46,885 bases of DNA from an uncultured bacterium (GTDB taxonomy: Bacteria; CSSED10-310; CAZUFC01). The stretch spans positions 1 to 46,885 of the forward strand of contig CAZUFC010000065.1 in assembly GCA_964619725.1 (NCBI GenBank), given 5' to 3'. This document shows, in pieces, positions 28,361-38,372 of the stretch. Position numbers and translations under genes: made by a program. The notes under the pieces were generated by a model, which made no database searches, was not told where the DNA came from, and saw only the letters and a program-made list of their open reading frames with translations. Position 1 is the first letter of the stretch. Each line of letters opens with the position of its first letter.

Positions 28361-28511
28361 CTGATTTTAGCCTTTTCTTGACAACCGCCGGTCAAAGCAG
28401 ATAACAACAATAGTACGACAGACCGGAACGCCGGTTTTGTCCGGGTAAGGGCAAATGTTGAAACAAGACAAAACTTAAGAAAGAATAATTTAACATTACA
28501 AGGAGATCGGC

Positions 28512-31500
28512 ATGTTTGAGAATGCGAGATTGGTCACAGGATTTGCGATAAGCATCGTTTTGATGTTGATCCCGGGTTCGGTTGTCCAGGCTGCGACAGG
28601 CTCGACCTTATATGAGGCTGCGCTTGAGGAGACAAGGGAGTGGCGGGATGCGGCAAAAGTTGACGGTTATGTGTTTGATGAGCTTGAGGCTCTGGGAAAG
28701 GCTGATTTTTTTATTGTCTTGAAGGAGCAGGCGGATTTTTCCGGGGCGAAGGATTTAAAGACGAAGAAGGAGAAGGGATTATACGTATATGAACGGCTGG
28801 TGAAGACGGCTGAGCGGAGTCAAGGGGATTTAAAGGAATTTCTGGATACGAGGGGAGCCAGGTACCGGTCTTTCATAATACAGAACATGATCCTGGTGTA
28901 TGACGGCGGGTATGAATTATTAAGAGAAGTTGTTCAGCGTAAGGGTGTAGCGGAGATCAGGGGCAATCGTCCGTATGTGGAGACTCACGAGCAGCGGTTG
29001 ACTTATGATGCGCCGGAAGGAAAAGGAGTGGAGTGGAGCATAATTCATATTAATGCTGATGAGATATGGGATGAAGGATATACGGGCGAGGGAATCGTAG
29101 TGGCGAACCTGGATACGGGGGTGGACTGGGATCATCCGGCGTTGAAGGAGAAATACCGGGGTTGGAGCGGCTCAAGCGTCGATCATGATTATAACTGGCA
29201 TGCGTGCAGCACGAATTATTACTGTCCCGATGCATCGGTAGCGTGCGACGATGACGGTCACGGGACTCACACGATGGGAACCATGGTCGGCGACGATGGA
29301 GGCAGCAATCAGGTTGGAGTGGCTCCTGGAGCGCAGTGGATAGCCTGTGGTCATCTGGAAGATGAGGCGGGATTCCATGAATGTTTTGAGTGGTTTTTAG
29401 CGCCGTATGCTTATGGTCAGGGGCCTGGACAGGGATTGCCGGAGAAGGCGCCCGACGTCGTCAACAATTCCTGGGGCTGGCCGGTAGGCGGCGGCGATTA
29501 CCAGTATGCTCCTGATATCGATGCACTGCAGGCTGCTGGAGTATTCATGGAATTTTCTGCAGGGAATGAGGGCGATTACTGTGAAACATTAAGATCGCCG
29601 GGAGATTATCCACAGGTTTTATCGACGGGAGCGAGCGACAGTCAGGACAGGATAGTGAGTGAAAGCTGGACGTATTGGGGATCGAGTCGCGGACCTGCGG
29701 ATGATAATATTCCGGGCGCTCCCGATTTCATTAAACCGGAGATCGTCGCTCCCGGATACGACATACGTTCCAGCGTTCCGGGCGGCGGATATGAAGGCGG
29801 CTGGGGAGGCACTTCCATGGCCGGACCTCACACTTGCGGCGTTGTGGCTCTACTGTGGTCCGCGTCGCCTCAACTGATCGGCGATATTGAAACGACAAGG
29901 AATCTGATAATAGACTCGGCTTACACTGATCCCGACGGCCAATATCCTGGCGCCGGCTTTTGGAACCAGACATGCGAGGGAATAAACGCATATGACACGA
30001 TTCCGAATCACGTATGGGGCTGGGGACTGCTGGATGCTTACGCGGCGTTCCAGATGCTGTCGGGCGTTTCTATGGACAAGGAAGCCTACATGCTGGAAGA
30101 CCTCATTACGATCAATGTATTGGATCGGTCCGCTTCCGGTTTCGTGTCGGTTCAAATAACAAGCACGAGGGAATCTGATCCTGAAACCGTGATATGCTAC
30201 GAACAGGAGGAGGGCTCTTTTGAAGGCAGCATAACATGTTCCGATATTCCTCCGTCAGGCGGCGACGGCATTCTTTCGGTGTCTCACGGCGATCTCATCG
30301 AATGCTATTACCCCAATCTGGACATGACCGCGACGGCCCAGGCGGACGGTCAGGCGCCCGTCATTACCGGCGTAGGTACAGACAATGTAGGCTCGGAAAC
30401 TGCCTCAGTAGTCTGGACTACTGACGAATCGGCAACCACTGTGGTCTACTATGGAGTCGGAACGCCGGATATGACTTATGAAAGCGAGGACCTGGCAACC
30501 GACCATTCGGCCGATCTTACAGGTCTGTCGGATTGCACCGTTTATTCTTTTTACGTGGAAAGCTCGGATGCTGCAGGCAATACCGCTGTGGACGACAACG
30601 GAGGAGAGTATTATACGTTCGTGACGGACCAGATAATGCTTATGTTGTATGAATCGATGGATTCGGACCCGGGTTGGACGACGGAAGACGACTGGGAATG
30701 GGGACAGCCAACAGGCCAGGGCGGTTCTTACGGAAGTCCCGACCCGACAGAAGGATACAACGGAGACAATGTTTATGGATACAACCTGAATGGAGATTAC
30801 ACGAATTACATGAGTTCAACGGAATACCTGATTACCGGTTCGATTGATTGTTCGGAAGCGGAGGAGGTATTATTGGAATTTCAGAGATGGTTGGGTCTGG
30901 AACAACATATGTATGATGAAGGATATATAGACGTGAGCAGCGACGGCGGATCAACCTGGAACAATGTGTGGACCAACAGCGAGACGTTGGACGGCGGCGC
31001 CTGGGAACTGATGGAGTATGATCTGACGGCCTGGGCTGCGGGTCAATCGAACGTAAGGATAAGATGGGGAATAGGTCCCACCGACGTGGGTTGGACCTAC
31101 TGCGGATGGAATATCGACGAAGTCAGAATTTTCTCAACCTCTCCCTGCAATCCGGGAACACCGACCTATGCGCCTACGCCTCAAACGCCGACATACTCTC
31201 CCACAAGAACTCCCACCATTCCCTCGACCGACACTCCCACACGGACCCCCACTATCTCCTCGACATATACTCCCACACGAACGCCGACGAACACGAATCC
31301 TCCGACATATACTCCAACACCCACTTCTCCGCCGACTCTGACGCCAACCTGGTCTCCTACAAACTCTCCCACTCAATCTCCGACAAGAACGCCGACGACG
31401 CTGCCGCCTACCTTCACGCCGACTTTCACGCTCCCCCCGACTTCCACGCCTACGAAAACGCCCAGTCCTACGTTCACCCAGGAACCCACGGAATCTCCCG

Positions 31501-31988
31501 AACCGACCGCAACGCCTTACGAAACCGCCATACCGACGCAAACGGGGACTGCAACGGAACCAACTTCCACTCCACGACCAGCCACAGCTACGCCTTCCAC
31601 TCCTCAACCGACGCCCACTGTTTTCGGAGAGCTTGGAGTCAAACTGGAAATGCCATCCACGATGTTTTATCCGGAAGACCCCTGTTATCTTATGGTATAC
31701 TTGAATAATCCGGATGAACCTCTGGTCGACGTGCCCTTGTTCGTTATCCTTGACGTTTACGGCATCTATTATTACGGTCCGGCCTGGAATACGATTCCCG
31801 CCTGGTATACGCAGGATGTTCCCCTCGGAACTACATCACTGATGATCATCAATGAATTTTCCTGGCCGCACGGAGCGGGAAGCGCCGAAGGAATAATCTT
31901 CTGGGCAGGCATGACCACGCCTCAAATGGATGACCTGCTGGGCCAATTCGACTCCTGGACCTTCGGATGGAAGGAGCGTCTGGAATAA
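28512..31988 (+). CDS. Secreted S8 subtilisin-family serine protease (bacillopeptidase F-like) with FN3-like and jelly-roll domains, a Pro/Thr linker and a C-terminal domain
   Basis: Signal peptide ending VQA. Catalytic triad LDTG, HGTHTMG, GTSMAGPH, plus NNSWG and FSAGN. WTTDE...H...LTGL FN3-like domain. TPT repeats. AGGAG RBS. Confidence 0.92.
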   Translation: MFENARLVTGFAISIVLMLIPGSVVQAATGSTLYEAALEETREWRDAAKVDGYVFDELEALGKADFFIVLKEQADFSGAKDLKTKKEKGLYVYERLVKTAERSQGDLKEFLDTRGARYRSFIIQNMILVYDGGYELLREVVQRKGVAEIRGNRPYVETHEQRLTYDAPEGKGVEWSIIHINADEIWDEGYTGEGIVVANLDTGVDWDHPALKEKYRGWSGSSVDHDYNWHACSTNYYCPDASVACDDDGHGTHTMGTMVGDDGGSNQVGVAPGAQWIACGHLEDEAGFHECFEWFLAPYAYGQGPGQGLPEKAPDVVNNSWGWPVGGGDYQYAPDIDALQAAGVFMEFSAGNEGDYCETLRSPGDYPQVLSTGASDSQDRIVSESWTYWGSSRGPADDNIPGAPDFIKPEIVAPGYDIRSSVPGGGYEGGWGGTSMAGPHTCGVVALLWSASPQLIGDIETTRNLIIDSAYTDPDGQYPGAGFWNQTCEGINAYDTIPNHVWGWGLLDAYAAFQMLSGVSMDKEAYMLEDLITINVLDRSASGFVSVQITSTRESDPETVICYEQEEGSFEGSITCSDIPPSGGDGILSVSHGDLIECYYPNLDMTATAQADGQAPVITGVGTDNVGSETASVVWTTDESATTVVYYGVGTPDMTYESEDLATDHSADLTGLSDCTVYSFYVESSDAAGNTAVDDNGGEYYTFVTDQIMLMLYESMDSDPGWTTEDDWEWGQPTGQGGSYGSPDPTEGYNGDNVYGYNLNGDYTNYMSSTEYLITGSIDCSEAEEVLLEFQRWLGLEQHMYDEGYIDVSSDGGSTWNNVWTNSETLDGGAWELMEYDLTAWAAGQSNVRIRWGIGPTDVGWTYCGWNIDEVRIFSTSPCNPGTPTYAPTPQTPTYSPTRTPTIPSTDTPTRTPTISSTYTPTRTPTNTNPPTYTPTPTSPPTLTPTWSPTNSPTQSPTRTPTTLPPTFTPTFTLPPTSTPTKTPSPTFTQEPTESPEPTATPYETAIPTQTGTATEPTSTPRPATATPSTPQPTPTVFGELGVKLEMPSTMFYPEDPCYLMVYLNNPDEPLVDVPLFVILDVYGIYYYGPAWNTIPAWYTQDVPLGTTSLMIINEFSWPHGAGSAEGIIFWAGMTTPQMDDLLGQFDSWTFGWKERLE
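31137..31620 (+). repeat. Low-complexity (T/S-P-T-x)n coding repeat (Pro/Thr linker of the S8 protease)
   Basis: About 160 codons of TPT/SPT repeats. C-rich DNA with diverged codons. Confidence 0.85.
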
Positions 31989-31997
31989 ATCCTGGTT

Positions 31998-32423
31998 TCA
32001 AATATACGTCTGCTCCGCATGGCGCTCCTGTTTTGCAGGGCTGATGACTGCAGCGCCCGAAGTCCCATTAAGCTGCATGAAAGCAGGTTTCCTGAGAGTA
32101 ACCGTTTCGTGGCGCTAAGCTGGGGAGAACAGTATGGAGCCTTCCGGGTAGACTGCCCCGTAACCTTCCCAGATATTATTCCAGGGATAGGACGAAATAC
32201 CGTTTTCATATCCGGTACTGGAAGCGTCGACATAAACGGTTGTTCGACCGGCGTTCGTCAGGGTAACGCGCAAATGGTTCTGTTCATGTTCTTCAACTGT
32301 GATGGTGACGTTGAAATTGGAATCCTTGTATCATTCGCCTTCAAACGCTTGACGTTGCGTAAATGAATCTGTAATAAATATGAAAGGCCGTTCCTTACGG
32401 AACCGCCGGCGATTATGACTGTA
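31998..32423 (-). pseudogene. Degraded fragment of a secreted-protein gene
   Basis: One minus frame reads ...FEGE*YKDSNFNVTITVEEHEQNHLRVTLTNAGRTTVYVDASSTGYENGISSYPWNNIWEGYGAVYPEGSILFSPA*RHETVTLRKPAFMQLNGTSGAAVI... In-frame stops at 32331-32333 and 32115-32117. No credible start codon. Confidence 0.55.
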
Positions 32424-32587
32424 TTAATATACGAGACGCTCGTTCGCGATCGGAATGAGCGTTCGATATGTCGGTAAAGCGCTCCGGAGCGTGATTGAAC
32501 TCCAATTGAAAAACCGGCGATTTTGCGTCGTTGGGAAATTACGAACAGAATCGATGCCTAGTGAGATTATTTCAGTAAGGAAGTAAA

Positions 32588-33289
32588 ATGAAGACACAAA
32601 TTAAAAAAATTCTGATTAAGTTCTGGAAATCCTGGGGAAGAGATATAACTATTGTTCTGGCGATTATCATTCCAATTCGTTCCTCGGTCGCTGATTGGAA
32701 TCATGTGCCGACCGGTTCGATGAAGCCGACGATCATTGAAGGCGACAGGATTTTCGTCAATAAGTTGTCTTACGGGTTGAAATTCCCTCTAATGAAACAC
32801 CAGTTCGTGGAATGGGACAATCCTGAAAGGGGAGACATCGTGGTATTCTATTCGCCTGAAGATGGAAGGCGAATGGTGAAACGAGTCGCCGGAATACCGG
32901 GTGATGCCATCTCCATGCGTAACAATGTGCTCAGGATTAACGGAGAACCTCAGCATTACGAAAAGAGCGACGGTGATTCCCTGGACCCTGAATTTCTGAA
33001 TCCGGATGAAAAAAAGGCTTTTCTGGCCGTGGAATCCCTGGAAGGCAAGGAGCACTCCATTATGATAAACCCTTATAAACCGGCCAGGAGATCGTTCGCG
33101 GAAAGAACCATACCCGAAGGTAAATACTTCATGTTGGGCGACAACAGAGATTCCAGCGCGGATTCGAGGTATTTCGGATTTGTGGACCGGGATAATATAA
33201 TAGGCAAAGTGTCCGTGGTCGTTATGTCTCTGGACCAGGACCATTACTACATGCCCCGCTCAGACAGGTTCTTCAAAAGCCTGAAGTAA
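32588..33289 (+). CDS. lepB: Signal peptidase I
   Basis: VPTGSMKPT (Ser), GDRIFVNK, RGDIVVF, MVKRVAG.PGD (Lys), LGDNRDSSADSRYFGFV. Confidence 0.93.
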   Translation: MKTQIKKILIKFWKSWGRDITIVLAIIIPIRSSVADWNHVPTGSMKPTIIEGDRIFVNKLSYGLKFPLMKHQFVEWDNPERGDIVVFYSPEDGRRMVKRVAGIPGDAISMRNNVLRINGEPQHYEKSDGDSLDPEFLNPDEKKAFLAVESLEGKEHSIMINPYKPARRSFAERTIPEGKYFMLGDNRDSSADSRYFGFVDRDNIIGKVSVVVMSLDQDHYYMPRSDRFFKSLK

Positions 33290-33368
33290 CCATTCGGAGC
33301 AGGCTCTGAAGGAATTTTCCTCAGAAGGATTTCCCCATATTACTTCTAGGGGATTATCGAAATAAAAT

Positions 33369-35021
33369 TTAACCCAGCACAGGAAAACGTCTTTCCGACA
33401 CTCGCCGGTCCATCATATCCTGTAATCTGCCCTGAACCATATCATACAGGTCCTGAAGAACTTCCGGATCACCGGCATCTTTCGGGGAATAGCCGGCAAG
33501 ACTGATGGGCTGGCCGACTTCCACCAGGCACTTGGCGGGAAGGGGCCAGTGGAAAATAGGACCTATGCCCAGTCCGTAGGGTAACCCGATGAAAATAGGA
33601 AAAGACTCGCTCCGCAGCCATTTTTTTGCGCCGGTCAATTCAGCCAGCTTTTCGCCTCGATGCAAAATAAAAAAGGTCTCATGTCCTCCCAGGCAAAGCA
33701 CCGGCACAATGGGCGTTCCATGCCGAAGCGCCAACCGGATAAATCCTTTTTTACCTCCGAAATCGACTTTATAACGCTCTTTGAAAGGTCGAAAAGCCTC
33801 ATAATTGCCTCCAGGAAAAACGGCCACCTTTCGACCCATTTCAAAAACTTTTCCCGCCGTCTCATGCGAAGCCCTTACTCCACCCAGCTTCATCAATAAA
33901 TTGCTCAACACAGGAAGCGACATCATTACGTCGTGACCGAGCCAGTAGAGCGCGTCTTTACCCTGGGTCCATTTATACCATTCCATACCAAGCATAAACG
34001 GTTCCATGAAAGTTATTCCGCCGTTATGATTGCCGACCAGCAACGCTTGCCCGGACGGTATGTTTTCAAGTCCTCTTACTTCAGCTCTGAAGTAGAGCTT
34101 TAATATCTTCAGCAACGGGACCACTACATCGCCGAGGTCCAGGTCCAGTTCACCCACCTCATCCGGGTCCTGCAACGGTCCGAAAAGTTCTATAAAAGAT
34201 TTGACTGCAGGCGGCAATAGTCTGTTCGCTGTTGCTGCAGGGGGAATAATTGCTTTTTTCTTCGCTAATTCCGGAATGGCTTCAACCGTCAGTTCAGCCG
34301 TCTTTTTTATCTTTTCTGGAGAACCGACGATGAAATCCATATGCTGAAAATCGGAAAGACATATTTTATCCTCAACCTCTATATCCTGGGAGTAGCGAGG
34401 AACAAGCGAATCACGGCCTGCTATGAGGGCTCTTTTAACCATATTAAGGTTTTTTATTAATTTATTGAGGATTGGGGCGTCCCGAGCCAGGTCTTTACAG
34501 ACGGGAAAAATATGTTTCAAGTATTCAGCGATGGGCGTTCCCATGAAAGGAGCAGCCAGGGTTATCACGCCGGCGATTTCAGGTACAGCTCTTTTATCGG
34601 CTTTGAGGCGGTCTGCGGCGAGGAGGGGCAATATGCCGCCGCAACTGTGTCCCACGATCCACACCTTTTCCACTCCATATTTTTCCCGTAATTCAACCAT
34701 ATCGTCCACGAATTCAGGAACGGCTTTTTCCAGCCGGCCGACGTTGGCCAGCACTCCATATTTGAAAGGATAGGGGTGAGTAACAAAGACATCGGCGCCG
34801 TATTTTTCCAATTCGAAACCCAGGCGATTCATGACGCTGGGAGTGCAGAAGGCGCCGGGAACGAGTAAAAGGGTGGGGCCGCCCGGACGTTTGAATTTAC
34901 CGGGACGAACAAAACCTGCTCCGATCTGGGAGAGCGCTCCAGAGACCAGGCTCTGCGCACTCGACAATGATTCAAAAATTTTGCTGTTTAAAGGATTAAG
35001 CGAGGATAATGGAATTTTCAA
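33369..35021 (-). CDS. Fusion of an alpha/beta hydrolase (lipase-like) and a PlsC/DGAT2-type acyltransferase
   Basis: N-half: LLVPGA, VGHSCGG nucleophile, TLAAPFMGT, DSLVP, QHMDF. C-half: GLENIP, LVGNHNGG, VFPGG, GFIRLAL....PIVPV. TTG start. Confidence 0.82.
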   Translation of the reverse strand: MKIPLSSLNPLNSKIFESLSSAQSLVSGALSQIGAGFVRPGKFKRPGGPTLLLVPGAFCTPSVMNRLGFELEKYGADVFVTHPYPFKYGVLANVGRLEKAVPEFVDDMVELREKYGVEKVWIVGHSCGGILPLLAADRLKADKRAVPEIAGVITLAAPFMGTPIAEYLKHIFPVCKDLARDAPILNKLIKNLNMVKRALIAGRDSLVPRYSQDIEVEDKICLSDFQHMDFIVGSPEKIKKTAELTVEAIPELAKKKAIIPPAATANRLLPPAVKSFIELFGPLQDPDEVGELDLDLGDVVVPLLKILKLYFRAEVRGLENIPSGQALLVGNHNGGITFMEPFMLGMEWYKWTQGKDALYWLGHDVMMSLPVLSNLLMKLGGVRASHETAGKVFEMGRKVAVFPGGNYEAFRPFKERYKVDFGGKKGFIRLALRHGTPIVPVLCLGGHETFFILHRGEKLAELTGAKKWLRSESFPIFIGLPYGLGIGPIFHWPLPAKCLVEVGQPISLAGYSPKDAGDPEVLQDLYDMVQGRLQDMMDRRVSERRFPVLG

Positions 35022-35246
35022 TTGGCTGCCCTTCGTTCAAATGAGTATGGTATACACTGAAAATTTTCATTGTTTCCTCGGAGAAGGATTCGCTGAAGAC
35101 GCTTCAGATCGTCCTTCCTATGGACGAAACAAGAAAATTATAACGCATTGCCGATAAAAAGTAAAAAAGAAGGAAGTTCTTTTTTCATGCCTGTTCGCTG
35201 CGGAATAATCACACTGCCGGACAGGCGATGATTAGGGGGCAGTTGA

Positions 35247-37097
35247 TCATAGAAGCAACGGCAGCATTCTGATCTGCGGAGGCCCGATACGGAGATAACC
35301 TCCTTGAAGAGAGAGAGAGGAGAAAAGCATACGATATACCTCTGTGGCTTTATCCGAGTTGAGGTATTTTTCCAGTTTTTTTCCGGAAATCGTCAGATTG
35401 GTGAGTAAAACGGTGGATTTTCCGGCTGCGTAATGACCCTTTTCATCGAAAAAACAGCGGATTCGTTTCGATATGCCGGCAATAATAATCTTAGGTTGAT
35501 CTGATTGTGCGCAGCGCCTGGGCATGCTCTCCCTAAACATATCCTTATGGATAACGGGATTGATGTATCGTTTGCCCAGGTAACGCATTGGATGCCGTCC
35601 CCATAAGGTCATTCCCTGTCCGATAGTTCCCGTATTTACGAATTTAAAATGCTTGTCCGGATCAAAGCAGCCCGGTTCAGGCAAATCCTGCAGGATATCA
35701 ACCAGTCTGTAAGCCTCGCCCACCGTGAACGCTCCGCTAACATTCGCAACCGCATCCACATTCAAGGCATTTTGTATTGCCGTAGTCCATTCAATGCCGC
35801 CGGTATGGAAAAACGGGGAGAAATTGTAATCAGGCATCTTTTCCAAAGAGGCTGCCGATACCATCCTGGTTTCGCTCTTTTCGCAGGCTTTAAATCGCTT
35901 TACAATAACGGCGGCATCCTTTTTCGCCTCTTTTTTCAGTTCGTTTTTCGCCGCGATAAGAACGCCGGGATAACAGAAAGCATCAAACCATCCGGAACGG
36001 CTCGCATCCCATAACTCAAGCGGTTCATTTTCGAGAATCAGGCGTCTTGTTTCGACGGCATAAGGGACGCTCCATAACTGTCCCGGAATAATATAACCCA
36101 TTACGCCTTTTTTTCTCAGAAATTTGAAAGCCCTTTCGATGAATATGCAGGAAAGGTCCCAGTTGCCTGCTGCGGTTCTGTACCGATTTCGGCAGTACCG
36201 CCTTAAATCGGGATGACTTTTCGTCATCAATTCAGAATCGATGAAAGGCGGATTCCCGATTGCGACTGCATAGCGTCCGTCTCCCGGCAGCGATTCTTTG
36301 TCCCCAAAGGTTTCTCCGTCGGTCAACGCGTTGCGGCAAACAAAGTTTCGATTAAAAATGACATGCGTTTTCAGAATGAGTCTCAGAGAGAGTCTGGCGA
36401 TTTCCACGGCAACAGGATCGATGTCAATTCCATAAAGGCATCGAGCCGCGAAATTCCTCAATGAATCGAGCGAAAAAACGCTTTTCGAAGCGCAGCGCAG
36501 AGCGGCTTTCAGGAATATTCCGTACCCCATGGCCGGGTCGATTATTTTAAAATCGGAAAAATCGCCGGCTGAAAGCAATGACGATAAGGTTCTCCCGCTG
36601 TACAAACGGCCGCTTGCTTTTTCCAGACAAACTTCAGCGATCTCATACGCTACCTTTTCCGGCGTATAAAAAGCGCCGTTCGCTTTTTTTCTCCGGTGCA
36701 TGAACAATTCTTCACAGGCAGACATAAATGTTTCCGCAGTTATCCCCTGAGGGACATTTCGCTCCAGACTGCCATGCAATACGCGCATCAGAGAGGCCAG
36801 TTCCTTCGTGTATGTCAATCCTTCCATTGAGTCGAAAAAAGCGGCGGGTCCGCACGTAACCGAACCCTTTACGACTTCGAAGAGTTTTCGGGGCTCCTGA
36901 AATATTTCATCCTTCAAAGAGTGATCAAATCCGGTATTCCGGGCAGCATATAAAAATATGAGACGGACCAGCAATTTTTCATAAGCGCAGGGTTCAACCA
37001 GCTCGAGTTCCCTCCTTGCGGAAACGTTTGTTTGTCTCGCTTCCGTCGCCAACGGTTTCAATCGTTCTATAAAAACTTCTTTTCTCATACGCTCCAC
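35247..37097 (-). CDS. Orphan N6-adenine DNA methyltransferase (Eco57I/TaqI-like, gamma order, C-terminal target recognition domain)
   Basis: GAFYTP, IIDPAMGYGIFL, LYGIDID, IGNPPF, and a TaqI_C-like tail (PKIIIA, YLNS, SLQGGYLR). No adjacent nuclease gene. Confidence 0.85.
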   Translation of the reverse strand: MERMRKEVFIERLKPLATEARQTNVSARRELELVEPCAYEKLLVRLIFLYAARNTGFDHSLKDEIFQEPRKLFEVVKGSVTCGPAAFFDSMEGLTYTKELASLMRVLHGSLERNVPQGITAETFMSACEELFMHRRKKANGAFYTPEKVAYEIAEVCLEKASGRLYSGRTLSSLLSAGDFSDFKIIDPAMGYGIFLKAALRCASKSVFSLDSLRNFAARCLYGIDIDPVAVEIARLSLRLILKTHVIFNRNFVCRNALTDGETFGDKESLPGDGRYAVAIGNPPFIDSELMTKSHPDLRRYCRNRYRTAAGNWDLSCIFIERAFKFLRKKGVMGYIIPGQLWSVPYAVETRRLILENEPLELWDASRSGWFDAFCYPGVLIAAKNELKKEAKKDAAVIVKRFKACEKSETRMVSAASLEKMPDYNFSPFFHTGGIEWTTAIQNALNVDAVANVSGAFTVGEAYRLVDILQDLPEPGCFDPDKHFKFVNTGTIGQGMTLWGRHPMRYLGKRYINPVIHKDMFRESMPRRCAQSDQPKIIIAGISKRIRCFFDEKGHYAAGKSTVLLTNLTISGKKLEKYLNSDKATEVYRMLFSSLSLQGGYLRIGPPQIRMLPLLL

Positions 37098-37315
37098 CTT
37101 TTCCTGCTCAAATTGCAGACTCTCGACCCGCCTGTGACTTCATCATCATAATCCTCCGATTTATCGAAAATCCACAGTATTTTCTAAAAAAACAAAAAAA
37201 ATTCAAAATTTTGGAACCATCGGAGGACTAATCTGTCTAAACAAAGGAGAGTTTCGACATGTTTAGAAGAGATGTCGGAATAAAGAAAAAAGACAAGTAA
37301 AAGAGTTGAGAAAAT

Positions 37316-38251
37316 ATGAATGACGAAATGGAAAAAAGAATTCCCGTGATTGAAGCTGAATACCTGGAACCGGGATACAGAATTCGGTTCGATGAACGTC
37401 CCGCATCAAAACCGACCGCTAACAGCTATCGCAAACATATAATACTGCTGGGTTTGACGATTTTGACCACTCTTTTTGCAGGGACCATGCTGAGCGGCGC
37501 GGACCCGTTCGTGATCACGAATCTTTACAGGGGGATTCCTTATTCGCTGTCGATCATGTTTATCCTGGGAGTCCATGAAATGGGTCATTTCCTGATGTGT
37601 AAAAAGCATAAGGTGAATGCCACTCTGCCGTATTTCATCCCGTTTCCATCCATTCTGGGCACTCTGGGAGCTTTTATTAAAATGAAATCGCCCATCAGCA
37701 ACAGAAGAGCTCTTCTGGATATCGGAGCAGCAGGTCCTCTGGCCGGATTCGTCGCTGCAGTTCCCCTTACCGTCATCGGTTTCATGCTTTCAGAAGTTAC
37801 CCCGATCGAATTTACCGATGAAGCTATGATCAGTTTCGGAGATTCTATCCTAAGCAGAATATTGACTGTCGTCGCTCATCCCTCACTGCCCGAAGGTCAT
37901 ACTCTTATGCTCCATCCCATTGGTTTCGCCGGTTATGTGGGTCTTTTCGTTACCGCTTTGAACCTTTTACCCATAGGGCAACTGGACGGCGGTCACATAT
38001 CTTATGCCATGTTCGGTCAAAAACAGAAAAAAATCGCTCAAATTTTCATCTACGCTTTGCTGCCCATGGGCCTCTTCTTCTGGTCCGGCTGGTTTATCTG
38101 GGCCATGCTCGGAATCATCATGGGCCCCGCTCATCCGCGGCCGATAAACGATTCTCAGAATCTCGACCCGTTGAGATACAAAATCGGCATAGCCGCAGGA
38201 ATCATTCTCCTGCTGACGCTGGTTCCCATGCCCTTCAACGTCTTTAACTGA
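37316..38251 (+). CDS. Site-2 protease (peptidase M50)
   Basis: HEMGH zinc motif, LPYFIP, IGAAGPLAG, LNLLPIGQLDGGH. Multi-TM. Confidence 0.93.
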   Translation: MNDEMEKRIPVIEAEYLEPGYRIRFDERPASKPTANSYRKHIILLGLTILTTLFAGTMLSGADPFVITNLYRGIPYSLSIMFILGVHEMGHFLMCKKHKVNATLPYFIPFPSILGTLGAFIKMKSPISNRRALLDIGAAGPLAGFVAAVPLTVIGFMLSEVTPIEFTDEAMISFGDSILSRILTVVAHPSLPEGHTLMLHPIGFAGYVGLFVTALNLLPIGQLDGGHISYAMFGQKQKKIAQIFIYALLPMGLFFWSGWFIWAMLGIIMGPAHPRPINDSQNLDPLRYKIGIAAGIILLLTLVPMPFNVFN

Positions 38252-38372
38252 ACGGTTTACGGATCGGATGACGAAAGGAGTTTAAATATAAGCGCTTTCT
38301 GTTTTTAAAGCGAATAAAGGAAAACAGGACATGCAACAAACTTCAAAATGGAAAATCCGGAAGAAAAAAAAT

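Noticed and set aside
31064..31708. Long alternative-frame and antisense ORFs (214, 157 and 63 aa)
   Set aside because: They are by-products of the low-complexity Pro/Thr coding repeat.
32349..32587. TTGACG-N17-TAATAA promoter plus hairpins as a structured leader or 6S-like RNA before lepB
   Set aside because: The stems are short, there is no 6S-like long duplex with a central bubble, and the region overlaps an apparent minus-strand gene relic.
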